Positions 33,555-45,845 of a stretch of DNA of 64,000 nucleotides are shown one piece after another. The position numbers and the translations under genes were made by a program. The stretch spans positions 718,825 through 782,824 of the forward strand of contig NW_003314300.1 in assembly GCF_000143415.4 (NCBI RefSeq), given 5' to 3'. The DNA comes from Selaginella moellendorffii. Lineage: Eukaryota; Plantae; Lycopodiophyta. Positions within the stretch are counted from its first letter, which is position 1. Every line of letters begins with the position of its first letter. The notes under the pieces were generated by a model. That model made no database searches and was not told the DNA's origin. It saw nothing but the letters and a program-made list of their open reading frames with translations.

Positions 33555-35700
33555 TGTCTTTCTACATTGATAATATTTTTCTAACAACTAAGTAAATAAA
33601 ACTTGGATTATATTTATTTAGCATTTGAAATGCAATTTATAAGCATATTGTTCCAAGATGCCAACTGTCCCCAAGATAAAACATCTATCATTCACATGCC
33701 TCTTGGCTTTAAAAAACTAGTCTATGTTATAAAATTTAATATATTTAATTAGCTTTTATTAAAAAATTAAAATAATACCTTTTATGGTTGAATTAGGATT
33801 TAAAGACTAGTAGTTAAATAGTGTATTGGAAATGGTTGTTAAACAGAAAATTTTGATGTGCATTACTAAGTGATTTAAATATATATAAAAAAAGGTTTTA
33901 ACCTTCTTTAATTGTCTTTTTCCAAAAGCCTTTGAACTTTTTTATTTTTTATAACTTTGAAGCTAATTATCTATTTATGAGAACATATTTTTTTAGTCTA
34001 AATGTTTATTGTGTAAAAAGGTTAACATTGAAGCTAAAATATGAAGTGTAATATTTAACAACTTCTAGGAGAAATATTACATGTTTAGTATTTAGTATTA
34101 TTAACACTATATTATGGAGAAGTAAAATTATTGTTATATGTGTATTGTATATATTGTATATAATTGTATTGTATATAATTATATATAACTGTATATAATT
34201 ATATGTATTCAATTATTTCTACTTTCTCATAGCATATTTAGTGTAGTTTGAGATAAAATTTAAATGTCATATATATTTAATAAATTTAATAAAACTTTAA
34301 TAAAAAATAGTTTTCACCCTTTACCCTATGATGTTTTACCATAAGATAACCACAGAGTGCAACCTTAACCCTTTGACACATGAGCTAAGAGTAATGGAAT
34401 AAAACCCAAATTTTAAAGCCTTAAACCACTGAACAAAGGGATAAAACTAAATTTCCAAGTATAAAGCTAAAGAATGAAGGAATTGGAGCATGGAAAAACT
34501 TTCAAATATACAAATCTAGAGTAAAAAAGTGGGAGCACAAAGAGACATTAAAATAGTCATAGAATATTTAACATCCCAACACCAATATCAACATACAAAA
34601 TAAAGCCAAATGGAGTTTAATGTTATTTCAACATATTAATGGTCTAATGTGATTATATAAGTACTCCACTAGCTAGCATGGTATAATGCTAAATTGCAAA
34701 ACTAGATGCAAAAATAACACTATCATATTCAAAAAAATCTGTACATTCTGTAGATATAGTTCATTCACAAATCTAAAACTATTAGTAAAGGATTTGCAAA
34801 TCTAAATTTGCAGGATCAAAACTATATAACCACAAGTGCAACTACAGAAATTATATCACTAGGGTTTACAATTATAAAGTTTGAAAACTTTCACCTTAAT
34901 TTAAAAGGGTTTAAATGTATAGTTAAACCTAAGAGTAAATTATCTAATCTGGGATCATATCCAAAGATGACCTAAAGTTAACCATTACACAAATTTATTT
35001 ATATTCATTTTCAAATTTATTTCTACTATTGTAGTCATGGTAGAATAGAAGCTAATAATAGTGTTGAAGACCTTAGTGTATGGAGCTAATGTAGCTCAAC
35101 TTTAAATATCTTTATATATTATATTTAGCTCAACTTAGTATTCACTAACTTCCATTGTGACAATGGGCATGCTTGAATGTGGAGATGATGTGTACACGAG
35201 ACTAGTTAAGCTATAAGAAATGAAAAATGCAAGATGACTAATAAATATATTTGCACATGCAATCCTCACCAATAAAAAAATGACCTCTCCCTTTATCAAC
35301 TACATCATGCTTATGGAACTGGTCATACATGCAATTGGGGCAATAATCATTAAAGATCTTAAATGTTGTATCATCTAAATTGAATTATTATTATCTACAA
35401 TAGATTGAACTCCTCCAAAAAAAATGTCTTCCTCAAAACATGGTTATCTATCCTAATACTATTTAAATTAAAAAACATTTAACTTTTATTATCTCAAAAC
35501 CTTTAATTGATTGGAAAGAAGGTGCATTATACCTTTGAAAACTACTCTCAAGCTATTCTTTTTTGGTATTTATAATAATATGATAAAATAAAACTATCTT
35601 TATATATTGTATTTGCATATGCTATATATAAAGAACATCATTTTGCATAGTAGCCACATTTACTGTACATTTGGTTTATCGGCAAGTAAAAATCCAAAGA

Positions 35701-38700
35701 ATGAACATGAATAAAATCGTAGCTACCCAGTTTTCTATATGGTATATTATAGAATGAAGTTTTATATTGTATCAATCTTTTATATTGGAAGCTTCTATCA
35801 GTAAGAGAATCCTTGTGCTAAATTGTATGCTGAAAAGTCACTTGAATATACATATAATGAAATTCAAGTTTTAATAACTTTTTTATTTAAAGAAAAACCC
35901 AATCTTATTATGATGATCTTTGCCTTGTTTTTCCTGAGCATGCAGTTTATTACTATAGTGGAACAGTAAAAAAAAATTATTATTACAGTATGTTAGTAAT
36001 GATCTTGAGGTTGTCAATGAATATATTACATACACTATTAGTTTAGTCTTTAAAAATAGTAATGATAAGAAAATTTACTCTTATGAGTGTATGGAATATG
36101 GAAAGGGAATACAGAAATGTGCATATCAATTAGCCCAAAAACCCTAGCTTATATACAGGAGTGAGTGGTTCGGATTGAAACCAATCCGACGGCTATTAAA
36201 ATCCCACTACGCTAATATTTGTATATGGCATCATAGTTGTACACTTGGCCCTCACATCATCCCCTCCTCTCGGAATAATGGAAGGCCATCAGGGTTCTCT
36301 TGTAGATAGGCCAGGATCTGGAGGAACGTCAGGAGGAGGCATTGGCGGATCTATAGATGGTATTAACTACTCCTGATCCCTTTGTATGAAGTGTTTCGAC
36401 CGCTGCACATGCACAATCTCTGGAGGATCGGCCTGCTGGACGTCATGCCGAACCTTATAAACTTGCGGTCCAACTTGCTGCAACACTCGATACGGTCCTT
36501 TCCACTGCGCAAGGAGCCCCTTAGATAAACCACGTACCGTAAGATGGGGAAAATGGACTAACACCAAATCATCCATTTTGTACTTTGTAGATGGACGATG
36601 ATGGGAGTTGTAGCGCCGTTGTTGTCCCACTTGTACGTGGTCTAAGTGTTCAGTAGACTCTGCTCGGACAAGTGGAAGAATGTTCGTCAAATATTGATCC
36701 CATGACCTAGTATCAGGAGCTCATGGCAATCGCGAAGGTAAACCCAGCTTCGTTGGTAATATTGGATCATGACCATATAAAAGTTTACATGGTGAAGCAC
36801 CAACAGAACTCTACACCCCTGTGACATAAGCATACCGAAGAGACGGCAAATAACCATCCTAATTCGAATGCTGAAAGTTCATATACTTCACAATCATCCC
36901 TTTGAATGTCTGAACAAGCTGTTCCACTAGACCGTCTGATTGTGGATGATAAGCACTCATAAAAGTGTGACGTATCCCCAACCGAGACGTCAGAACATGA
37001 AATACCTCAGCCATAAATGCAAGACCATTATCTGAAAGAATCCGCTCTGGACAAGAATGCTGGAGCACCACTCAATTGAGGAGGAAGTATCCAACAGCAA
37101 TTGCAGAGGTGCTAGCAAGAGCACCAACTTCCACCCAACGAGTTAAGTAGTCAGAAGCAATAATAACATACTCATTGCCAGTAGTTGACTGTGGAAAAGG
37201 TCCCATAAGATCAAACGCCACCAACTTAAATGGACGGGAAATTGTAATTGACTCCAACCGTCCTTCCGCAACACAAGGGGGAGTATTACAAGCTTGGCAC
37301 CAAACGCAGCTACGCACATACCGGATAACATCACGTCGCATCTCCGGCCAATAGAAAGACCTACGTAGCTTCTCGGTCACACGACGATGTCCCAGATGCC
37401 CACCTAGAATAGGAGAATCATGATAGGCATGGAGAAACCATGGAATAAAGATAGAAGGCACCACTAGTCATAGAGGATCATCAAGATCCGTCCCCACAAA
37501 ATAAAGAAGGCCATCTACAAGACGATATTGAGAATGTAAATGCCGAAAAGGCAAGTCATCAGCAAGTGATGCAGGATTCTCAAATGCATCTCGAAGCCTT
37601 CGAATCCACGGCTCAATCTTTTGAGCCTCACGAACCTTATCAAGAGAAGGTAGATCTTGCTCTATGCCTTGTGGACACTGAATGTCAAGTACAACAACCG
37701 CCGACAGCACAGAATCCTTGTCTAGAAAATCCACAGATGCTGGAACAACAGGCTCATCAGAAACATGAGAAGAGAGTGGAGAAGGAAGAGGAGCTCGAGA
37801 AAGGGCATCAACATCAGCCATAGAACTCCCTGGGCGATGAATAACATCAAAATTATATATCTAAAGCTTCAAAGCCCACCGAGTAGTGCGTCCAACCAGG
37901 TTCTTCCGCTTCAATAATGAAGTAATGGCAACATGGTCACCTTCAAGTAACGTCCGAGAACCATGTAGATATGCATGAAGTTTCTCGAAACCCCAAACTG
38001 CCGCTAAACACTCCTTCTCTGTCGTGGAGTAGTTCACTTCTGCTAGTTGTAACGTACGGCTTATATATGCAATGGGATGACGCTGACCAGGCACACTCGG
38101 GCTTTCTTGCATCAACACACCTCCAAAACCAATATCAGAAGCATCTACGCGCAAAATAAAAGGTCGAGTGTAGTCAAGATATGCCAAAACTGGAGTAGTC
38201 ATCAACAACTCTTTGAGATTCACAAACATCTGCTCACAATCTGAAGACCAAATGAAAGATGACGTTCATGACTTCAGCAACGTTCGCAATGGTGCAGTGC
38301 AATCAGAAAGATGATCCACAAAACGACCGAGATACTGCACCTTGCCCAAGAAGCGCTGCACATCATTCACACACTTCGGAGTAGGGAACTTTAGAATGGC
38401 TATAAGTTTGTCAAGATCAACTTGCAAACCTTCACGAGAAATACGGTACCCAAGATAAGTTGTGTCCTTGGACCCAAACACGCACTTCGACCGCTTCAGC
38501 TTTAAACCAACGTCCCGTAGCTGATCCAACACTTTACACACATCATGAATATGCTCTTCCCACGTCCCCTCCGAGTGAATCAAGACATCATCAATGAAGT
38601 CAGCAGTCACCTCTGGCATATCACAAAGAACCTCGTCCATCATCCACTGGAAAGTTGCTGGAGCATTGTTCAAACCAAACGGCATCACTAAAAACTCGTA

Positions 38701-41474
38701 CAAACCAAATGGTGTACAAAAAGCAGTCTTAGGAATATCTTCTTCGGCCATCGGTACTTGCCAGTACCTAGAAGCAAGATCGAGCTTGGTGAACCAACGA
38801 CTTCGCCCTAGACAATCCAAAAGATCAGCCGTGTGAGGAAGAGGGTACACATCTGGGATCGTCACTTCATTTAAAGGACGATAGTCGATGCAGAAATGAA
38901 TACTCCCATCAGGCTTCGTCACAAGATGAGGTTCACATGCCCAAGGACTCCGTGACGTCCGAATAACACCCTTCTCCAACATCTCCTTGATGTTTGCACG
39001 TAAAATCTTGATCTCCTTGGGTGACCAACGACGAACCAGAACCTTGATGGGACGAGCATCCCTGGTTAGAATCGGATGATGTGTGGCAATCTTGGCCCCA
39101 GATGATAGGTCAAATTCAAAGAGATTAGAATACTCCTTCATGAGCTAGTCAACAGCTGCAACACAAAGATCTTCAGAGGGATCGGAAAAGGGAAGAACAG
39201 AACAAGATGGAAACAAATAGTGGGGAAACAAAAGTAATAAAAGCAGAGGTAGAAGTAGAGGGACGAAGAGGTACAGAAGTGAGAGGAATGGATGAAATAT
39301 AAGGAAGTATGAGACAAGGGGGAGAAGCCTCAAAGTCACACTTGGCATGATTGCGCTGTAACCAATCCATACCAAGGATGAGGTCAAAAGCTTAACTTGG
39401 CACCACCCGCAATGACTGCAACTCACGCTCGAGATCGCCCACATGCACAACCAGGTTCGCCTCATTTCGTGCATATGCATGTGTACGGCCGTTGCCATAA
39501 AGAATAAAAACTGAATCCGCTGCACGACGCAAGTGTAGACAACAACGTGTGGCAACAGGTCTAGCAATAGAAGATAAACTCGAACCTGTATCAACCAACA
39601 CGGAGAGAAGAATAGAAGACCTCTTGTTATAAAAACGAGCTTGGAAAGTAAACACTGGATGAACCGATGCCAAGTGAACCCCTTGATGATACTCTCGAAA
39701 GAAAGATGGAGGGGTCACTAACTTATTCGCGCAAGGTCCCTCCGTTACTCGCGCGATTCCTCGTTTCCCGGATGCACCTCGGTATCCAAACCTTTCACCG
39801 CAGTAGCACCATCGGGACGTTGCTGATGCCAAGGTCTCCATCCAGGAAATGGAGGTCGCCAATCTGGAAAGCGTCGACAACGTCAATAAGTATGACCAAC
39901 TTCATCACACGCCCAGCAATGAACATCACGGCCACGACCACATCCTCGCCCTTGTCCGTGAACTCGAGCAGCAGCAGCATCAACCTCCATTGGAATAGGA
40001 CCATCACTCATAGAAAGTGGAGCTGAAGGACGTGCAGCGAGAAGTGGAAGAGGCGACGTCTCATAACGTTGTGCCAAGCGAAGAGCATCGTCAAGGGTGG
40101 CAGGAGCAAGTGCATGCACAAGGCCGACAAGATCTTGACGAAGTGCTGGCCACAACATTCCTAGCTTGATCCGCTCCAACATATTGGGTTCCGCACGAAG
40201 CAAAAGACTTTAGAAACGAACGCCAAATTGCATCACCGACTCAGATGGCCCTTGGTGAAGATGATGCAATTGTTGGAAGGCATTGTCACAATCATCGGCA
40301 TGTCCGAAGGCGTGTTTGAAGACGTCCGGAAGAACACTCCAATCCCCACGAGTGGCCGCCCTTAATCCATTGTACCACTGCAATGCCGTCCTTTGGAAAC
40401 ACGTGGGAAACTCACGCAAACGTCGAGCATCATCCCAAGAATGATATGTGGCAATCATTGTGAAGTGATCGAACCAATGGTACACATCATCCCCAGGATT
40501 CCCACGAAAGAACTTCGGCCAAACGCGAGGATTGGCACCAAGAGTAGGAGGAGTTGGACCACGTGCCGTGAATGCCACCATCAATTGAGTTTGGTTGTTC
40601 AATTGCAAGCGCATAGCATCAAGCAATTGAACCAACTGCTACTCTAGAGTCAAAGGAGGAGATTGCTGATCGGCCATGAAGATAAACGAAAAAGAAAGAG
40701 CAAAAGAAGAGAAATGACAAAAAGCTGGAAAGAAATGGTAGATCTAGACAATGCAAAAAGCTAGATCTAAACCAAAATCCTGAAAGGAAAGAATAAAAAA
40801 AAGGAAATGGAAAAAGCTAGATCTAAATGATGCAAAAGCTAGATCTAAATCGAAATCCCAAATCCAAGCACTCCCCAGGGACAATCAAAGGTGCCCCTCA
40901 CTTCCACCAATGTGAGTGCATGGAATATGGAAAGGGAATACAGAAATGTGCATATCAATTAGCCCAAAAACCCTAGCTTATATACAGGAGCGAGTGGTCC
41001 GGATTGAAACCAATCCGATAGCTACCAAAATCCCACTACGCTAATATTAGTATACGGCATCGTAGCCGTACACTTGGCCCTCACACTCTTTTATTATTAA
41101 TATTATATATCATACTAAAAGTATTAATAAAAAACTTTATGATGATATGGATTGTATATGGAGACATTCATGTATTAGAAGTATTCATGGTTCTCTAACA
41201 TACAAAGTGGAGAGTTTTTAAAATCAAGTAATCATCAATTCATATTATTGTTGCACTTGAATTGTAACCTTATGCTTTACAAAGGTAAGATTATATTTTG
41301 GCAAATAGTTATAGAATGTATTGGTTGTTATTTAAGAATTCAAACTGATGGCAATGTTGTGTGGAAAGATAAATTTAAAGAAATGCTTTATGTGTAGAAA
41401 ATACTGACCATGTTGTAGTATATGACACTATTAAAGAAAACTGTATTTTTTATGAACCTAAGAATCTAGCTTAA
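35701..41474 (+). pseudogene. Disrupted copy of the AT-rich bulb-lectin gene, split by the LTR element (35701-36081 and 41086-41474)
   Basis: Colinear nucleotide similarity to 49827-50765 on both sides of the retrotransposon, with several deletions and frameshifts. Confidence 0.9.
36082..41085 (-). mobile_element. Full-length Ty3/gypsy LTR retrotransposon (no chromodomain; gag-pol broken by stop codons)
   Basis: LTRs at 36082-36256 and 40911-41085 (175 bp each), TSD CTCT, PBS TGGTGGAAGTGAGGGG next to the right LTR and PPT GAGAGGAGGGGATGA next to the left LTR. Domains in gypsy order: gag, CWACDEVGH, LVDTGSS, RT FIDDVLIHS, RNase H DASD/DALSR, integrase HHCC, DLMGP, SDNG and KGPY. Confidence 0.97.
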
Positions 41475-41619
41475 TTATTATTTGGTTAATATCTGTTTAT
41501 TAAGTTATATAAATAAGTATTTATTACTAATTCAAATATTTCCTAAGTCATAAATTTCTTTCTGTGCTTGGGTTTTGAGGTTAAGCTTCAGTACTAACTA
41601 CAGTTTTGCCTTCTAGTTT

Positions 41620-41895
41620 GATATAAAACTCTACAATATATTTATTACGAGATCATCAAATTTGGTACTAGCAATCTTTACCATGATCTTTTTTTGTTTG
41701 AGTATGAATGTAAGCACAACCTTATGCCAAGGTCTTTGGCAAGCAGCTAGATAAAGAAAGAAAAAGGCAATTGGGAAAAGCAAGCACAATAGTGCTCACT
41801 TAAGATTGGACATTATTTTGGCTGGAGCTGCCAATCTTACTGTCCCACTACCAAGCAATGCCCAATAGTTCAAACACTAATCTTAAGTTTTTATG
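41620..41895 (-). pseudogene. Thioredoxin f pseudogene fragment (copy 1, middle deleted)
   Basis: Homologous to 50945-51010 and 51645-51800; retains a decayed C-terminal KFDDLV-like segment. Confidence 0.7.
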
Positions 41896-42474
41896 GAGAT
41901 TAATATAAGCATGTGATCACTAGCTTTATTTAGCACTCTTATTATAGAGCTAGTACCTCAATGTATATCTGTTCAAGTTTTAAATTCATGAATTCATTTA
42001 TAAATCCACAGAACATCATCAATCTTCAATACCTAAATCAAGAGCCCTAACCTTCACTCCACACCATGGTAACTCATTGCATACCCTTAAGAGATTGAAA
42101 GGGATCCCAATTGAGAATTGAGGATTAAGGGAGTGGCCCTATTTAGTGGGAGTGGAATTAAGGCCAATTTGATTTTTGCCCATGCATCCATGACACATAA
42201 ATTTCCCTCTTCTCTCACAATAGCCAATGGGCATGCAAATTGTGTCAGACAGCTATTGGCTAAGACAAAACCTTATAATTAAAGAAATAACTTTTTTGAC
42301 TACTACCCCTCCATTTGACAGCTACCAAAAAAGATTGGCGCTCCTATTATTATAGATTATTGTTAATAACAAAACTAAATCTTGCAAAACTCTAAATAAT
42401 CTTTCAAGTCATTCCTTTTAGTTGCTTACAATTGGTTCCTCTTTCAGCTTAATCACTTCTTATACCATAAAGGG

Positions 42475-43170
42475 ATGACCACTATGGATCCTGAATATAA
42501 GTGGAAAATTGCAAGGTGCGTGATCTTGCAAGATGATACTTAGATCATAGCAAATTCTTTTGAGGAACTTGAGCTGGTATAATTCCAAGCACTCTAGAAG
42601 GCCATGAACCATCGATGCATCAACATGGGGCCATTGCTCCCCAACAGGTTCCTCAGCCAAAGAGGAGATTGTGATGAGTATTGCAAGGTGGTGGCTCCAG
42701 GTGTTGCAAGTTTTTGGAAACAAGACACCACTTGTTTTAAGTGGCTTGTTGGGAAACCTCCAAACTCAATATTGTAGATCTTGTTTGGAAGTTTCATCAA
42801 GTACAAGCTTTTCTAAAGGCTCTTCATCCAGGATGTGTGGATGGAATTAGGTCTTGGAGGGGATTTGCAGGGGCATTTCAATGCTAGGATGGCCAAGACA
42901 AGCCAAGAAAAACATAAAATGCAAGCTCTTGGTGGTGGATGGGAATTGGGTTGAGGCTAGTAGAAGCAAACCAGGGTGGCTTCTACCAGGCTTATCCAGT
43001 GAGTGATGAGTGCTTCCAAGGTCTTGAGAGTTCTTGGTGATGAAGAAATGAGGAAAAGAGTAGGGGAGCATTGAGATTCTTCCAAGAGAATTGTGGAAGA
43101 CCAAATTGGTTCTTCTGCAACACATGTAGAAGGCTTTGTGAGATACTTGTACAAAGAGTCTCTTTCGAAG
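42475..43170 (+). pseudogene. Decayed duplicate of the 3' half of the UGT at 31949-33554
   Basis: Aligns codon by codon with 32617 onwards, with stops and deletions. The downstream flank ~43420-43750 also matches ~33840-34230. Confidence 0.95.
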
Positions 43171-43255
43171 TGTCTTCCTACAGTGATACTCTTGCTTTGT
43201 AATTGGAAGAAGATGCAAGCTGGAATAAGCTTGAGGTGTTGCAAGATGGAATAAG

Positions 43256-43327
43256 CTTTTATAATTGTTATGGAAGAAGCAACTGTAATTGGAAGAGTAG
43301 TTGCTTCTTCCATAACAATTATAAAAG
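43256..43327. repeat. Perfect 29-bp inverted repeat with a 14-nt loop
   Basis: cttttataattgttatggaagaagcaact (43256-43284) and its exact reverse complement (43299-43327). Confidence 0.95.
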
Positions 43328-43799
43328 ATTATTAAAATTACAGAATTGAAAACATTTTTGGTTGAATTTCCATAGAATTAATATAAAGACATAGTAGTTA
43401 TGAAATTTATTAAAATTTCTTGTTAAACAGAAAATTTAAGTGTACATCATTCAGTGATTTCAACCTATTTTAATTTTCTTTTCTTAAAATCCTTTGAAAA
43501 TTTATATTTTTATAAATTTTGAAATTAATAGATAGATGGATAGTTATTTATAAAAATATATATTTTATCAGTTTAAATATTTATTGTGTAAGAAGGTTAA
43601 CATTGAAGCCAAAATATAAAATGCAGTTCTTAATGATTTCCAAAAGCAATATTACATTTTTAGCATTGGGATTGCTAACATTGCATTGTGGAAAAGTAGA
43701 ATTACTGTTTAATGTGTTATATGAATATGTGTTTAATTCTTCCACTTCTAATTAGTAGGGTTTGAGCAATGTAGAAATTCTTGGTTTTCTTAATAGTAA

Positions 43800-44100
43800 T
43801 TTATTATTACTTATTAATCTAATTGATCAAATAAAGTTTATAATTATAAGCATGTCTGTAATTTATAAACACAAGATTAATCTTATTTCATATCAACCAT
43901 TAGATGATAGAATAAAAGAGATTATACTAGAAAGGGTTTAAGAAAGTTTATAAATTATAAACATGTTTATAAATTATAAATACAAGATTAATCTAAATGA
44001 ATAAGAACCGTTAGATCGTAGAATATCCTAAAATATTCAAGGATATTCTAGGTATATCCACTACCATCTCAGTCCTCTTACAGGTTTGCTTAAGCAAACC
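43800..44100. repeat. AT-rich dispersed repeat ending in an 18-bp palindrome
   Basis: Inverted homologs at 5047-5232 and ~52013-52080; palindrome ggtttgcttaagcaaacc at 44083-44100. Confidence 0.75.
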
Positions 44101-45845
44101 AATAATAGTTATAGTTATAATTTCTTTTTATAAGAATTCTCAAAAAATTCTGAATAGAAACTTTTACAAATAAAATTGTTTTGAATATGTTTTTCAGGAT
44201 AATTATCTTAAATTTAAGTTCAACTTGTACCCTACTAAACCTTATATTATATGAAAGTGGTAAGATTTTATATCATATCAAGCACTGTGGAGCAGATTTA
44301 CTAATTTACAGGGCTAGATAAACAAAGTCCAATTGTTTCAGCGAATTAGCAGTGAGAAAGATGCACTCCTAGAGAGAAAGTAAGAGCCATAACTTTAGTC
44401 CTCTTGTTGCAAAGTTCTAATGGCTTTGTAGGGACATTCTCAAGGCTGAGTTTCATGTACTGCCAATCAAGTTGCTAGTTGTTCCTCCAAATTCTTCCAG
44501 GTAACATTTTCTCACATCTAGGACTCATTGTTTGATTCTTATGTCTAGGCTTAGGATATAAATTATTCTTGAAACTGAAACAGAAAATGAATTTACTTTA
44601 TATGTGATTTGTCAACAGCCACATAGGATAATTGCTCAAGCTCCACACTAGCATTTGCATCTCTCGAGATTCACATTGCTTTTGCTAGCATTACATCTTT
44701 CTTGTGGTTTCTCAACTGTAGTAATTATTAATTGTTTTATGCACTTCTTTTTTCTTTTTCCTTAACTCTCTAAGAAGTACATTCGTAATATACTATGGAT
44801 TACTTTGGAGAGCACTCTTTGTGGCTTCTCCCTCACCACCATCACTACATCTCCCACAAGTGATCTAAGCAATTGATGGTGAGGATGAGACACTTGGTTT
44901 TTAGTTTCTATGCTGATTGGACTTACTGCTTTGTCCCTGGACTTTGTTGCAGGAAACAATGCGGTAAGTTTACTGTTCCATGACATGACAAAAATAGGGA
45001 CAGGGATGAATATTCAACACTTTTTCTGGAAATGGGAGATGATTGGAATCCCAAAGGAACTCTTGCGCTTCAGTCAGCTATAAAGAACTTCTAGCCTCTC
45101 AAAGCCAGCCAAATGGCCCCAATGCTCAGCAAGCTAGTTGTTGCAAGAACACAATGGTTGAACTTCTTGCTTTGCTAGGACCAATGAGCAAGCTCACCAC
45201 AAGCATGGCATTTCTCAAAGACAAAATGAAGCATCTGGAGAAAACTTGCTAGAAGGAAATAAGAGTATACATAAATTTAATTTTAAGTTTATAAGTTTCT
45301 TTTTATGTGTGCATGACATTGCCTATTTAAAATAATTTTTATTGAATTTTTTAGTGAAATATTAATAAAAATAGTATAATCTAAATCAAGATAACAAACC
45401 ATGAAACCACTATAAGCTCCTTAGGTGAAAACTGCTATCACTCCATAATGTTTTCATTTTACTATTCCATATAATTATTAAAATAATCCAAACTTCTTGA
45501 AGAGTGTCAGTAAGATTATCTTCTAAGCTATTACTTATGGATGAATCAAATTCAATCTTAAATAAACGGTTTGTATATTATATTATTATAGTTAATATAT
45601 TATTTAATACATATATTATATGTGTGCCTCTTCTTTCTTTTTTTTTATGATGGCTAAACTTCTATTCCATCTTTAAATACTTATTTAGGCCGGCCAACTT
45701 GGATTCCTTGCTAGTATTAATTACAACAGTAACTCTACTTTTGATACTTGCAAACAACTAGAGCCAAACACAAAAGAGAGGCTGAGATTTGAGAGAGAGG
45801 GGCTGCAGGTAAAACCACAAACCATTGCTGGAGTTGATGGTGGTT

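Noticed and set aside
44200-45260. Exon-like pieces with splice-like sites, and short ORFs here and at 22300-22900 and 24205-24803
   Set aside because: Probably gene remnants, but I could not assign any family or a consistent reading frame.
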